Source: Candidatus Eiseniibacteriota bacterium
GTDB taxonomy: Bacteria > Eisenbacteria > RBG-16-71-46
DNA length: 64,000 bases
Assembly: GCA_963744995.1 (NCBI GenBank)
Contig: CAVUWA010000002.1
Coordinates: 544,001 to 608,000 of the forward strand
Direction of reading: 5' to 3'
Positions 19,701-27,456 of the stretch are shown here, in pieces (within the stretch, counting starts at the first letter, position 1; each line of letters begins with the position of its first letter). A program made the translations under genes and the position numbers. A model generated the notes under the pieces. The model did no database searches. It had not been told where the DNA came from and saw only the letters and a list, made by a program, of their open reading frames with translations.

Positions 19701-20762
19701 ATGGACCGAACGCATGAGTTCCTGAAGGAACTGGTGGAAGCCCACGGTGTGCCCGGGTTCGAAGGCGAGGTCGCGAAGATCATGGAACGGCGCCTGAAGG
19801 GCGTCGGTGCGTTCTCGAAGGACCGCCTCGGCAGCTTCATCTGCGAGAAGAAGGGCGCTGCGGCCGGCCCGCGCGTGATGCTGGCGGGTCACCTCGATGA
19901 GATCGGCTTCATGGTCAAGTCGGTGACCAAGGACGGCTTCATCAAGTTCATGCAGCTCGGCGGCTGGTGGGGCCACGTGGTGCTCGCCCAGCGGTTGATC
20001 ATCAAGACCCGCAAGGGCGACATCATCGGCGTCGTCGGCTCGAAGCCGCCCCACGAGCTCAAGGACGACGAGCGCAAGAAGGTGCTCGAGATCAAGGACA
20101 TGTACATCGACGTCGGCGCGACCTCGGACTTCGACGTGAAGAAGCGGCTCGACATCCGCCCCGGCGATCCGATCGTGCCCGACTCGCCGTTCACCGTGAT
20201 GGCGAACCCCGACCTGCTGCTCGCCAAGGCATGGGACAATCGCGTCGGCTGCGCGCTCGCCGCCGAGACCGCGCTCGCGCTCAAGGGCGTGAAGCATCCC
20301 AACACGTTGCTGGCGGTCGCGACCGTGCAGGAGGAGGTCGGGCTGCGCGGCGCGCAGACCTCGGCGTTCAAGACGAAGCCGGACGTGGCGATCGCCCTGG
20401 ACGTGGGCATCGCGCACGACACGCCGGGTACCGACGACGACGTGCACCTCGGCAAGGGGCCGCTGCTGGTGATTCTCGACTCGTCCGCGATCCCGAACCG
20501 GCGGCTGCTCGACCTCACGCTCGACACGGCGAAGAAGCTGCGCATTCCGGTCCAGTTCGAGGCGGTCGAGCGTGGTGGCACCGATGCCGGCAAGATCCAC
20601 ATGGTGCACGAAGGCGTGCCGACGCTCTCGATGGGCGTCGCGTCGCGCTACATCCACAGCCACGTGAGCATCATCCACCGTCGCGACTTCGATCAGGCGG
20701 TGCGGCTGCTGGCCGCGATGGTGAAGCGTCTCGACCGCAAGACGGTGGACAGCCTGATCTGA
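19701..20762 (+). CDS. M42 family metallo-aminopeptidase
   Basis: AGHLDEIGF, AKAWDNRVG, TVQEEVGLRGA, GGTDAG, RYIHS. Confidence 0.93.
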   Translation: MDRTHEFLKELVEAHGVPGFEGEVAKIMERRLKGVGAFSKDRLGSFICEKKGAAAGPRVMLAGHLDEIGFMVKSVTKDGFIKFMQLGGWWGHVVLAQRLIIKTRKGDIIGVVGSKPPHELKDDERKKVLEIKDMYIDVGATSDFDVKKRLDIRPGDPIVPDSPFTVMANPDLLLAKAWDNRVGCALAAETALALKGVKHPNTLLAVATVQEEVGLRGAQTSAFKTKPDVAIALDVGIAHDTPGTDDDVHLGKGPLLVILDSSAIPNRRLLDLTLDTAKKLRIPVQFEAVERGGTDAGKIHMVHEGVPTLSMGVASRYIHSHVSIIHRRDFDQAVRLLAAMVKRLDRKTVDSLI

Positions 20763-22154
20763 TGACGCTGCGGATCTACGACACGCTGACCGGCGAGAAG
20801 CGTGACTTCGCGCCGGTCACGCCGGGCCACGCCGGAATCTACGTCTGCGGCATGACGGTGCAGGATCGCCCGCACGTCGGGCACATCCGTTCGTCGCTGT
20901 CGGGCGACCTGATGCGCCGCTACCTCGTGCATCTCGGCTACGAGGTCACGTACGTCTACAATTTCACCGACGTCGACGACAAGATCATCGACAGGGCCTC
21001 GAAGGAAGGCATCGAGTACCTCGCGGTGAGCGAGCGCAACATCGAGGCCTACCTCACGCAGGCCGACCGCCACAACATCCAGCGCGCGACGCACTACCCG
21101 CGTGCGACGCGCCACATCGCCGAGATCCTCGAGCTGATCGGGCGGCTGGTGGACAAGGGCTATCGCGTACGCCGCGGGCGGCGACGTGTACTTCGACGTC
21201 CGCAGGAAGGCCGACTACGGCAAGCTCTCCGGCCGCAACGTCGATGACATGCGCTCGGGGGCGCGGATCGAGATCGGCGAGGCGAAGCGTGATCCGCTGG
21301 ACTTCGCGCTCTGGAAGGGAGCGAAGCCCGGCGAGCCGGCGTGGCCGAGCCCGTGGGGGCCCGGGCGCCCCGGCTGGCACATCGAGTGCTCGGCGATGAG
21401 CATGAAGTACCTGGGCGAGCACTTCGACATCCACGGCGGCGGACAGGACCTGATCTTCCCGCATCACGAGAACGAGCTCGCGCAGTCCGAGGCCGCGACC
21501 GGCAAACCGTTCGCGAGCTTCTGGACCGAGAACGGAATGCTGAACCTCGCGGGCGAGAAGATGTCGAAGAGCACCGGCGTGCTCTTCTACATCGACGACG
21601 TCGCGGCCGAGACGGATCCCGAGGTGCTGCGTTTCTTCCTGCTCTCGACCCACTACCGCAGTCCGCTGGACTTCAGCCGCGAGCGACTGGCGGAGGCGGC
21701 GGTGAGCTACGCGCGGCTGCGCGGCCCGCTCGAACGCGCCGAGGCGTGGGATGCCCCTCAGGGCGTCCCGATCGGCGGCGAGCTGGGGGCGGCGGTCGAC
21801 GAGGCCCGGGCGAAGTTCAGCGAGGCCATGGATGACGATTTCAACAGCGCCAAGGCCATCGGCCACCTGTTCGATCTCGGCCGGGCGGTCAACCGCGCGC
21901 TCGACGAGGGCGTCGGGGCCGAAGCGCGTGCCGCCGCGCGGGCGATGCTCGACCTCGGGGGCATCCTCGGGATGTTCTGGAGCCGCCCCGGCGGCGAGAG
22001 CTGGGCGCCGGACGTGCTCGAGCTGGTCGAGGCGCGCGAGGCGGCCCGCCGGTCGAAGAACTGGAAAGAGGCCGATGCGCTCCGCGATCGCCTGCTCGAC
22101 AGGGGCGTGGTCGTCGAGGACAGCGCTTCGGGGCCGCGACTCAAGCGCCGCTGA
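20762..22154 (+). CDS. cysS: Cysteine--tRNA ligase, split by a +1 frameshift near 21161-21164
   Basis: 5' frame has IYVCGMTVQDRPHVGH and NFTDVDDKII; 3' frame has DFALWK, GRPGWHIECSAM, HGGGQDLIFPHHENE, KMSKS. Removing one base from GGC TAT C GCG TAC joins the frames. Confidence 0.9.
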
Positions 22155-22245
22155 GCCGGAGGGCCCGGCAGAGGGCTCGCCGATGCCTCGCCGGTCTTTC
22201 TCCGCCGCCCGGTCCCTGGATGACCGAAGGCCGCCCGCCGGTCAA

Positions 22246-22263
22246 ATGTCACGTAGATGTCAC
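22246..22263 (+). promoter_or_regulatory. Direct repeat ATGTCAC-N4-ATGTCAC (11-bp period, Pho-box/OmpR-like)
   Basis: Read directly; ends 26 bp upstream of the -35 at 22290. Confidence 0.5.
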
Positions 22264-22289
22264 GCGGCGCGGGCGGGCTTGATTGATCC

Positions 22290-22318
22290 TTGACCCGTCC
22301 AGCGGCCGGGTCTAGCCT
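22290..22318 (+). promoter_or_regulatory. Putative sigma70 promoter for the small secreted protein/TPR-bEBP operon
   Basis: TTGACC-N17-TAGCCT. Confidence 0.55.
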
Positions 22319-22471
22319 TGCCTTACGTCCGGGCAAGGGCGGTGCCGCGAGGGTGCAATCACCCCGTATCCAGTTGTGCTCCGCGCGCATATGCCCTGTT
22401 GTCGGGCGCTTTTCGTTAGGTGGCCTTCCCCCAAGGCCCCTCGATGCATCACGGATTGGGAAGGGAACGCA

Positions 22472-22801
22472 ATGTCGCGATTCTTCAGGAATCGGTTGTG
22501 GACCTTCATCCTGGCACTGGCTCTCTGCTTCGGTTCCGTCGCGGTGTGTTCGAACTACGCTCACGCCGACGGCACTGCCGCCATCACGGACGATCCGATA
22601 GGTGGCGGCGGGGTCGGAAACGGATTCGGAGATCCCGATGCACCCAGCGGTTCCGTCAAGCGCACGATTCTGCGCGGCGGGGTGCAGGTGCCTTCAGGCA
22701 GCGCGACGATCGTGGGTGACGGCGTCGATCTGCAGAGTGCCTGGATGTGGCGTCTTCGTTTCGCACTGCAGGCGCTGCGGGGGACGTGGATCCACCCGTA
22801 G
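22472..22801 (+). CDS. Small secreted hypothetical protein (109 aa), peptide-precursor-like
   Basis: GGAAGGGA SD; basic N-terminus, hydrophobic core and AHA-D signal peptidase site; Gly/Asp-rich GDPDAP segment; aromatic/basic C-terminal helix. Confidence 0.8.
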   Translation: MSRFFRNRLWTFILALALCFGSVAVCSNYAHADGTAAITDDPIGGGGVGNGFGDPDAPSGSVKRTILRGGVQVPSGSATIVGDGVDLQSAWMWRLRFALQALRGTWIHP

Positions 22802-22839
22802 GTTTGCGGCGATTTGCCTTCGATGACCGGAGCTTCGGC

Positions 22840-25239
22840 GTGCTGAGTGACGACCGGAAACGCATCGTGCATCTGGAGGAGCGGCTCAAAGTGCGCGATT
22901 CCGCGGACGCGGACGCCACCTTGGCCGAACTCGAGATGCTTGCCGATCTCTATATGCAGGCGGACAGTTACGTGCCCGCCCTTGAAACCATCGAGCAGCT
23001 GCTCGAGGTCGACGGGGCGCGCACACTGTCGGTCACGCGGCGCGCGGCGCTCGAGAGCAAGGCGATTCTCTGCCGGCTCGCACAGGGCGATTGCCGGACC
23101 GCCATCGCCCACTGCCGGGAAGTGCTGCAGAACGAATCCCGGATCGAGCGCCCCGCCGTGCGCGCCCTGCTCCACCTCCAGTGTGCGGAAGCCCAGTTCC
23201 TGCTGGGCCGCCCCGAAGACACCCGCAGGGAGGCGCAGATCGGCCTCGCCATCGCGGACGAGGCCGGTGAACTGGCCCTGGGCGCGCAGGCCCTGAACCT
23301 GCTCGGCCGCGCCGCGTACCGGGGCGGTGATCTCGACCGCGCCCGCGACTACTACGAACAGGCCCTGGCGCTCTATCGCCGCATCGGGGACGAGGCCAAC
23401 TCGGCCCACCTGCGCAACAACCTGGGCCTCATTCACAAGAACCTGTGCGAGTGGACGCCGGCGATCACGCATCTGCAGGCGGCCCTCGAGATCCACCGGC
23501 GCCACGGTCGCTATGCCGAGACCGGGAATCCGCTGCTCAACCTGGGCATCGTTCACCAGAAGAGCGGCAGCTGGGAGCGCGCCCTCGAATGCTATCGCGA
23601 GGCGGAAGAGGTCTACAGCCGCGTCGGCGATCAGCTCCACCTGACGATGGTGTTCATCGCGCAGGGGAACGTGGCGCGCCTGCAGCGCCGCTTCGAAGAC
23701 GCCGAGGCGTCGCTCACGCTGGCCTGGGAGCGCGCCAGGGACCTGGAGGCCGCGCGCGAGGAGGTGCTCTCGCTGGAGTTCCTCGGCGAGCTCGATTTCG
23801 ATCGCGGCCGCCCCGCGGCCGCACTGGAGCGCTACGGCGCCGCGCTGCGCCGGGCCGAGCGCCTCGCCCCGGACGGTGATCTCGTCGTCGAGCTCGAGCG
23901 CCGCCGGGCCGAGGCGCTCTGCGTCCTCGGTCGTCTCGATGCGGCCGAGCGCGCCGCCGAGCGCGCCCGCAAGCTGGCGAGCCGTACGCAGGACCGTCTG
24001 GAATTCGCGCTCAGTCACCGCGCCGCGGGGGACATCGCGCTGGCACGCGGGCGGCGCCACGAGGCCCTGAGCTGCTGGAAGCACGCCGCGACGCTGCTGC
24101 AGACGAGCCGCGAGCGTTTCGAGCTGGGCCGCACGTTTCTGCGCATCGGCCGCGCGGTGGAAGACGCCCCCGAGGCCCGCCGCGCGTTCTACCGGGCGGG
24201 CGCCCTGTTCGCCGAACTCTCCACACCGTGGTGGCTCGAGCAGTCCGAGCGCGACCTGCACGAGCGTCTCGGCACGCAGCCCGAGCCCGCGCCCGCGCCG
24301 AACACCTCGTTGCTCGGACGCCGCCATCGCGCCCCGAGCCTCGTCGCCTGCTCGATTCCGATGCGCCAGGTCGAGACGCTCGCGCGCCGCGCGGCTGCGA
24401 CCGAGCTGTCCGTGCTCATCACCGGCGCGACGGGAACGGGCAAGGAGCTGGTCGCGCGCACCATTCACGGTCTGTCGGGGCGGGCACAGAAGCCGTTCCT
24501 GGCCGTCAACTGCGGCGCGCTGCGCGCGGATCTGGCCCTGTCGCAGCTGTTCGGACACCGCAAGGGGGCGTTCACCGGGGCACACGCCGAAGGCGTGGGC
24601 CTGGTCGAGGCCGCGCACGGCGGCACGTTGTTCCTGGACGAAGTCGGGGAGCTGCCCGCCGACGTGCAGGTGACGTTGCTGCGCTTCCTGGAGAGCGGCG
24701 AATACCTGCGACTCGGCGAGACGCAGGTGCGTCGCGCGGACGTTCGTGTGATCGCGGCGACCAACCGCGAGCTGCGCGGTCGCGAAGCGGAGCAGCTGTT
24801 CCGCCGCGACCTGCTGTTCCGGCTGAACGAGATCGAGATCCGGGTGCCTTCGCTCGCCGAGCGCACCGCGGACATCCTGCCGCTCGCGCGCCACTTCCTC
24901 GCGTTCTACGGTGGGATCGATGGCCCGCGCATGACCCCGGACGCCGAGGCCCTCCTCAACGCCCACTCCTGGCCCGGCAACGTGCGCGAGCTCGAAAACG
25001 TGATGAAGCGCGTGGCGGCGCTGCACGCCGGCGAAGGCGAAGTCACCACCCAGGTGCTGCTGCCGTTCCTCACGCACCGGGATCGCGAGACGGCTGCCGG
25101 GGCGCCGCTCGACGAGCGCTCGGCCATGCTCGACGCGATCGAGCGCGCAGGCGGCAACCGCAGCCGCGCCGCCGAGCTGCTCGGCATCAGCCGCAAGACG
25201 TTCTACGCGCGGCTCAAGCGTCACGCCATCACGCTCTAG
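22840..25239 (+). CDS. Sigma54-dependent enhancer-binding protein with N-terminal TPR repeats
   Basis: TPR-like repeats ([49 protein letters not shown]), Walker [15 protein letters not shown], Walker [16 protein letters not shown], Fis-type [19 protein letters not shown]. Start placed at GTG 22840 after GGAG. Confidence 0.93.
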   Translation: MLSDDRKRIVHLEERLKVRDSADADATLAELEMLADLYMQADSYVPALETIEQLLEVDGARTLSVTRRAALESKAILCRLAQGDCRTAIAHCREVLQNESRIERPAVRALLHLQCAEAQFLLGRPEDTRREAQIGLAIADEAGELALGAQALNLLGRAAYRGGDLDRARDYYEQALALYRRIGDEANSAHLRNNLGLIHKNLCEWTPAITHLQAALEIHRRHGRYAETGNPLLNLGIVHQKSGSWERALECYREAEEVYSRVGDQLHLTMVFIAQGNVARLQRRFEDAEASLTLAWERARDLEAAREEVLSLEFLGELDFDRGRPAAALERYGAALRRAERLAPDGDLVVELERRRAEALCVLGRLDAAERAAERARKLASRTQDRLEFALSHRAAGDIALARGRRHEALSCWKHAATLLQTSRERFELGRTFLRIGRAVEDAPEARRAFYRAGALFAELSTPWWLEQSERDLHERLGTQPEPAPAPNTSLLGRRHRAPSLVACSIPMRQVETLARRAAATELSVLITGATGTGKELVARTIHGLSGRAQKPFLAVNCGALRADLALSQLFGHRKGAFTGAHAEGVGLVEAAHGGTLFLDEVGELPADVQVTLLRFLESGEYLRLGETQVRRADVRVIAATNRELRGREAEQLFRRDLLFRLNEIEIRVPSLAERTADILPLARHFLAFYGGIDGPRMTPDAEALLNAHSWPGNVRELENVMKRVAALHAGEGEVTTQVLLPFLTHRDRETAAGAPLDERSAMLDAIERAGGNRSRAAELLGISRKTFYARLKRHAITL

Positions 25240-25381
25240 CCGCGGAACCTGCGCGGCACCCGCACCGCCGCCCGCAGGCGCAGTCCCGTTCCCGCCCGAC
25301 CGCGCCACTTCACGCCGCCGCCCGATGGCGTGACCGGGCCCGGGAGCGGCGCATCCGCTCGCAGCGAACCCTTGCACAGGC

Positions 25382-25407
25382 GTGACACTGTCACCCCCCG
25401 GTAACAC
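25382..25407. promoter_or_regulatory. Putative upstream activator sequence (overlapping dyads GTGACA-C-TGTCAC and TGTCAC-N6-GTAACA)
   Basis: Read directly; about 210-230 bp upstream of the predicted sigma54 start site; TGT-N12-ACA form. Confidence 0.5.
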
Positions 25408-25535
25408 TTGACTCAACCTGAACCACGACAGTCGCTTGTCGACTCGAGCGACCGTGTCGACCCCGGCGGGTTCCGTCACGGGGAAACACTTCGGCGGTTC
25501 CGGGACCCGGCACGCCGGACTCACACCCGAGACGC

Positions 25536-25548
25536 TAACTCGTTGTCA
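25536..25548 (-). promoter_or_regulatory. IHF-like site
   Basis: Minus strand TGACAACGAGTTA matches 7 of 9 specified positions of WATCAANNNNTTR; lies between the putative UAS and the promoter. Confidence 0.35.
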
Positions 25549-25588
25549 GGCAGAGTGTTGGTGACGCGCACCGCAGACTGCGGGGGCG

Positions 25589-25604
25589 TGGCACGCGCGA
25601 TGCA
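25589..25604 (+). promoter_or_regulatory. Sigma54 (-24/-12) promoter
   Basis: TGGCACGCGCGATGCA versus consensus TGGCAC-N5-TTGCW; exact GG-N10-GC spacing; downstream of a bEBP gene. Confidence 0.85.
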
Positions 25605-25614
25605 AAAGGCAATG

Positions 25615-26057
25615 GTCGGATACGGGGACAACAGGAGAAGGAATTCCTGTTCAAGAGTTTCCGGGGGCGGTCTCCAGGGGGAAAGAGACCAGAACTCGGG
25701 CGGCCGCAGCGAGCGAGGGCACCTCCATCATCGCGGCGCGCCGCCCGAGATCCACCCCCGAGTTCGACTGACTCCAGCGAGAGAGTGGACGACACATCGT
25801 CCAGGGGCTCGTACCCCGCTGAAGACAGGGCTCTTCGGAGCTCGATATCGAGAGAGGGGTGAAAACAACTCGATTCGCAGCAGTACGCAGCACCGAAACA
25901 ATGTCTCTTGGCAGTAACGCAGCAAAAAAAACCAAATACGCCCGGTCAACGAAGCCGGGAGGGCATGGGGATTTTTCCCGGTCATCCCTTGCACTCTCGG
26001 GAAAAGGCAGCCGGAGGCAGAGCACCGAAAGGTCTCTTCTCTCCTGGCTGTCTTTTC
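25615..26057 (+). ncRNA. Putative sigma54-dependent structured non-coding RNA (~440 nt), family unknown
   Basis: Starts at the predicted sigma54 +1; at least 8 hairpins including cUUCGg and GAAA tetraloops; A-rich linker; ends in a long hairpin with CTTTTC; overlapping ORFs use atypical codons. Confidence 0.65.
26001..26057 (+). terminator. Long terminal hairpin, probable intrinsic terminator of the putative ncRNA
   Basis: GAAAAGGCAGCCGGAG...ACC GAAA GGT...CTCCTGGCTGTCTTTTC. Confidence 0.55.
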
Positions 26058-26137
26058 AATTCCCGGCGCAGCCCGTGCTGGGTTTCGGGGGCGCCGTCAC
26101 TTGTTGAGCGAAAACAGCAGTGCTAGAGTGCGGCCCC

Positions 26138-26659
26138 ATGAAACCTACCTCTTCCAGCAGTTCCGCACGCGTGAGTAAACCGCTTGTTTCTGTCGCAGTT
26201 CTGCTTTCGGCGTTCGTTCTCGTCAACGCGCTCGTCGTCGGTTGTGGCGGCGCCTCGAAGTCCGGTTCGGAAGGTACGAGCGAGTCGAGCGACAGCCAGA
26301 TGGCCGACCAGTCCGCCGGCGGCCAGATGGCCGACCAGTCGGGCGGCGAAGCGGCCAGCGGCGTGGACGCCGAGATCGCCGCGGGCAAGCAGATCTACAG
26401 CGAGAAGTGCGTCCTGTGCCATGGCGCGACCGGCCATGGCGACGGCCCGGGTGCCGCGGCGCTGGATCCGAAGCCGCGCAACCACACCGACGGCGAGTAC
26501 ATGAATGCCCGCACCAACGCGGAGCTTCATGAAGTGATCAAGAACGGCAAGGGCCAGATGCCGGCCTGGGGTTCCCAGCTGTCGGACGAGCAGATCGATC
26601 AGGTGCTCTCCTACGTCCGCACGCTGGCGGTTCCCAAGTACACCGGCCCGATGCCGTAG
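26138..26659 (+). CDS. Class I monoheme cytochrome c, probable lipoprotein
   Basis: CVLCH heme motif, distal Met in GQMPAW, lipobox-like LVVGC; own promoter-like TTGTTG-N17-TAGAGT at 26101-26129. Start uncertain (ATG 26138 or GTG 26171). Confidence 0.9.
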   Translation: MKPTSSSSSARVSKPLVSVAVLLSAFVLVNALVVGCGGASKSGSEGTSESSDSQMADQSAGGQMADQSGGEAASGVDAEIAAGKQIYSEKCVLCHGATGHGDGPGAAALDPKPRNHTDGEYMNARTNAELHEVIKNGKGQMPAWGSQLSDEQIDQVLSYVRTLAVPKYTGPMP

Positions 26660-26688
26660 GGGTTCCGCCGACCCAGCTGATACGGAAC

Positions 26689-26726
26689 GGCCGCCGCGGC
26701 ATCGAAACCGCGGCGGCCTTCTTCTT
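26689..26726 (+). terminator. Intrinsic terminator after the cytochrome c gene
   Basis: GGCCGCCGCGG-catcgaaa-CCGCGGCGGCC followed by TTCTTCTT. Confidence 0.65.
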
Positions 26727-26754
26727 GACAGTCGTCGGGGCCGCTCTCTATCTT
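26725..26754 (+). promoter_or_regulatory. Sigma70 promoter of the tRNA cluster
   Basis: TTGACA-N18-TATCTT. Confidence 0.6.
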
Positions 26755-26787
26755 GCCGTTCCGTTTCCGGAACGCGGTTCCGGCTGC

Positions 26788-26863
26788 GCTGGCGTAGCTC
26801 AACTGGTAGAGCATCTCATTTGTAATGAGGCGGTTGGGGGTTCGAGTCCCTTCGCCAGCTCCA
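26788..26863 (+). tRNA. tRNA-Thr(TGT)
   Basis: Cloverleaf, anticodon loop TTTGTAA, TTCGAGT T-loop, CCA end. Confidence 0.96.
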
Positions 26864-26908
26864 TCCAAGAGTGGGGGCCGCGCCGGCGCGCGGCGACGGT
26901 CTTTTTCT

Positions 26909-26993
26909 GGAGGGGTTCCCGAGCGGTCAAAGGGAACAGACTGTAAATCTGTCGGCGAAGCCTTCGGAGGTTCGAATCCTCCCCCCTCCACCA
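26909..26993 (+). tRNA. tRNA-Tyr(GTA)
   Basis: CTGTAAA loop, long variable arm, CCA end. Confidence 0.96.
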
Positions 26994-27017
26994 TCTTGTT
27001 TAATCCCAGCGGCTTAA

Positions 27018-27093
<76 letters not shown>

Positions 27094-27096
27094 TTG

Positions 27097-27151
27097 AGCC
27101 GGTCCGAGGGGACTCCCCGCCGAATGGGGGGGTCCCCCGGGCGACCGGCTC
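27097..27151 (+). terminator. Long GC-rich hairpin after tRNA-Gly (terminator or processing stem)
   Basis: GAGCCGGTC..GGGGACTCCCC...GGGGGGTCCCC..GACCGGCTC; no clear U-tract. Confidence 0.4.
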
Positions 27152-27186
27152 CGGCCGCAAGTCTTCGAAAATAATCGTTTTCGGCG

Positions 27187-27216
27187 TTGACACCAGGCCT
27201 CGCGCCTCCGTAGATT
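27187..27216 (+). promoter_or_regulatory. Sigma70 promoter for tRNA-Thr-tuf with AT-rich UP-like tract
   Basis: TTGACA-N18-TAGATT preceded by AAAATAATCGTTTT. Confidence 0.6.
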
Positions 27217-27380
27217 TCCCTGCTCGCACATTTCCCCGACGACTTTCATGAGTTGGAAGTCGCCTCGGGGGAGTGCGTCTTTCTACCCCCGGGCGCTGAG
27301 CCACGTCGTACGCTCCGGAACCGTTCGCTTCTGCGAGACCGTCACGTCGCACCGCGTTCACGGAGACCCCGTAACACGAA

Positions 27381-27456
27381 GCCCACGTAGCTCAGTCGGT
27401 AGAGCATTTGCATGGTAAGCAAAAGGTCAGCGGTTCGATTCCGCTCGTGGGCTCCA
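27381..27456 (+). tRNA. tRNA-Thr(GGT)
   Basis: Anticodon stem TTTGC/GCAAA with loop ATGGTAA; CCA end; usual position before tuf. Confidence 0.94.

Noticed and set aside
19701..20762. M42 aminopeptidase as the processing enzyme for the secreted peptide
   Set aside because: It is translationally coupled to cysS in a housekeeping operon and separated from the module by a promoter region; proximity alone is not evidence.
21150..21190. Programmed frameshift in cysS
   Set aside because: No slippery heptamer or homopolymer at the junction; a single-base error is more parsimonious.
22341..22357. Possible sigma54 promoter GGTGCCGCGAGGGTGCA upstream of the small secreted ORF
   Set aside because: GG-to-GC spacing is 12 nt rather than the required 10.
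22747..22839. Longer N-terminus of the TPR-bEBP given in the ORF track
   Set aside because: It overlaps the small secreted ORF; GTG 22840 has a GGAG SD and fits better.
25615..26057. tmRNA, RNase P RNA, SRP RNA or 6S RNA as the identity of the structured region
   Set aside because: No tRNA-like 3' end with CCA or tag frame ending in AA-stop, no GAGGAAAGTCC RNase P motif, no SRP domain-IV motif, and a multi-hairpin layout unlike the 6S rod. A cmscan is still needed.
25408..26126. ORFs 25408-25917, 25859-26107, 25908-26126 and the antisense ORFs here
   Set aside because: They use AGA/AGG/AAA-type codons atypical for this genome, lack well-spaced SDs and motifs, and overlap the sigma54 promoter and hairpins.
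27410..27420. A at position 32 in the tRNA-Thr(GGT) anticodon loop
   Set aside because: ATGGTAA loops occur in other Thr(GGT) tRNAs and the rest of the cloverleaf is normal.
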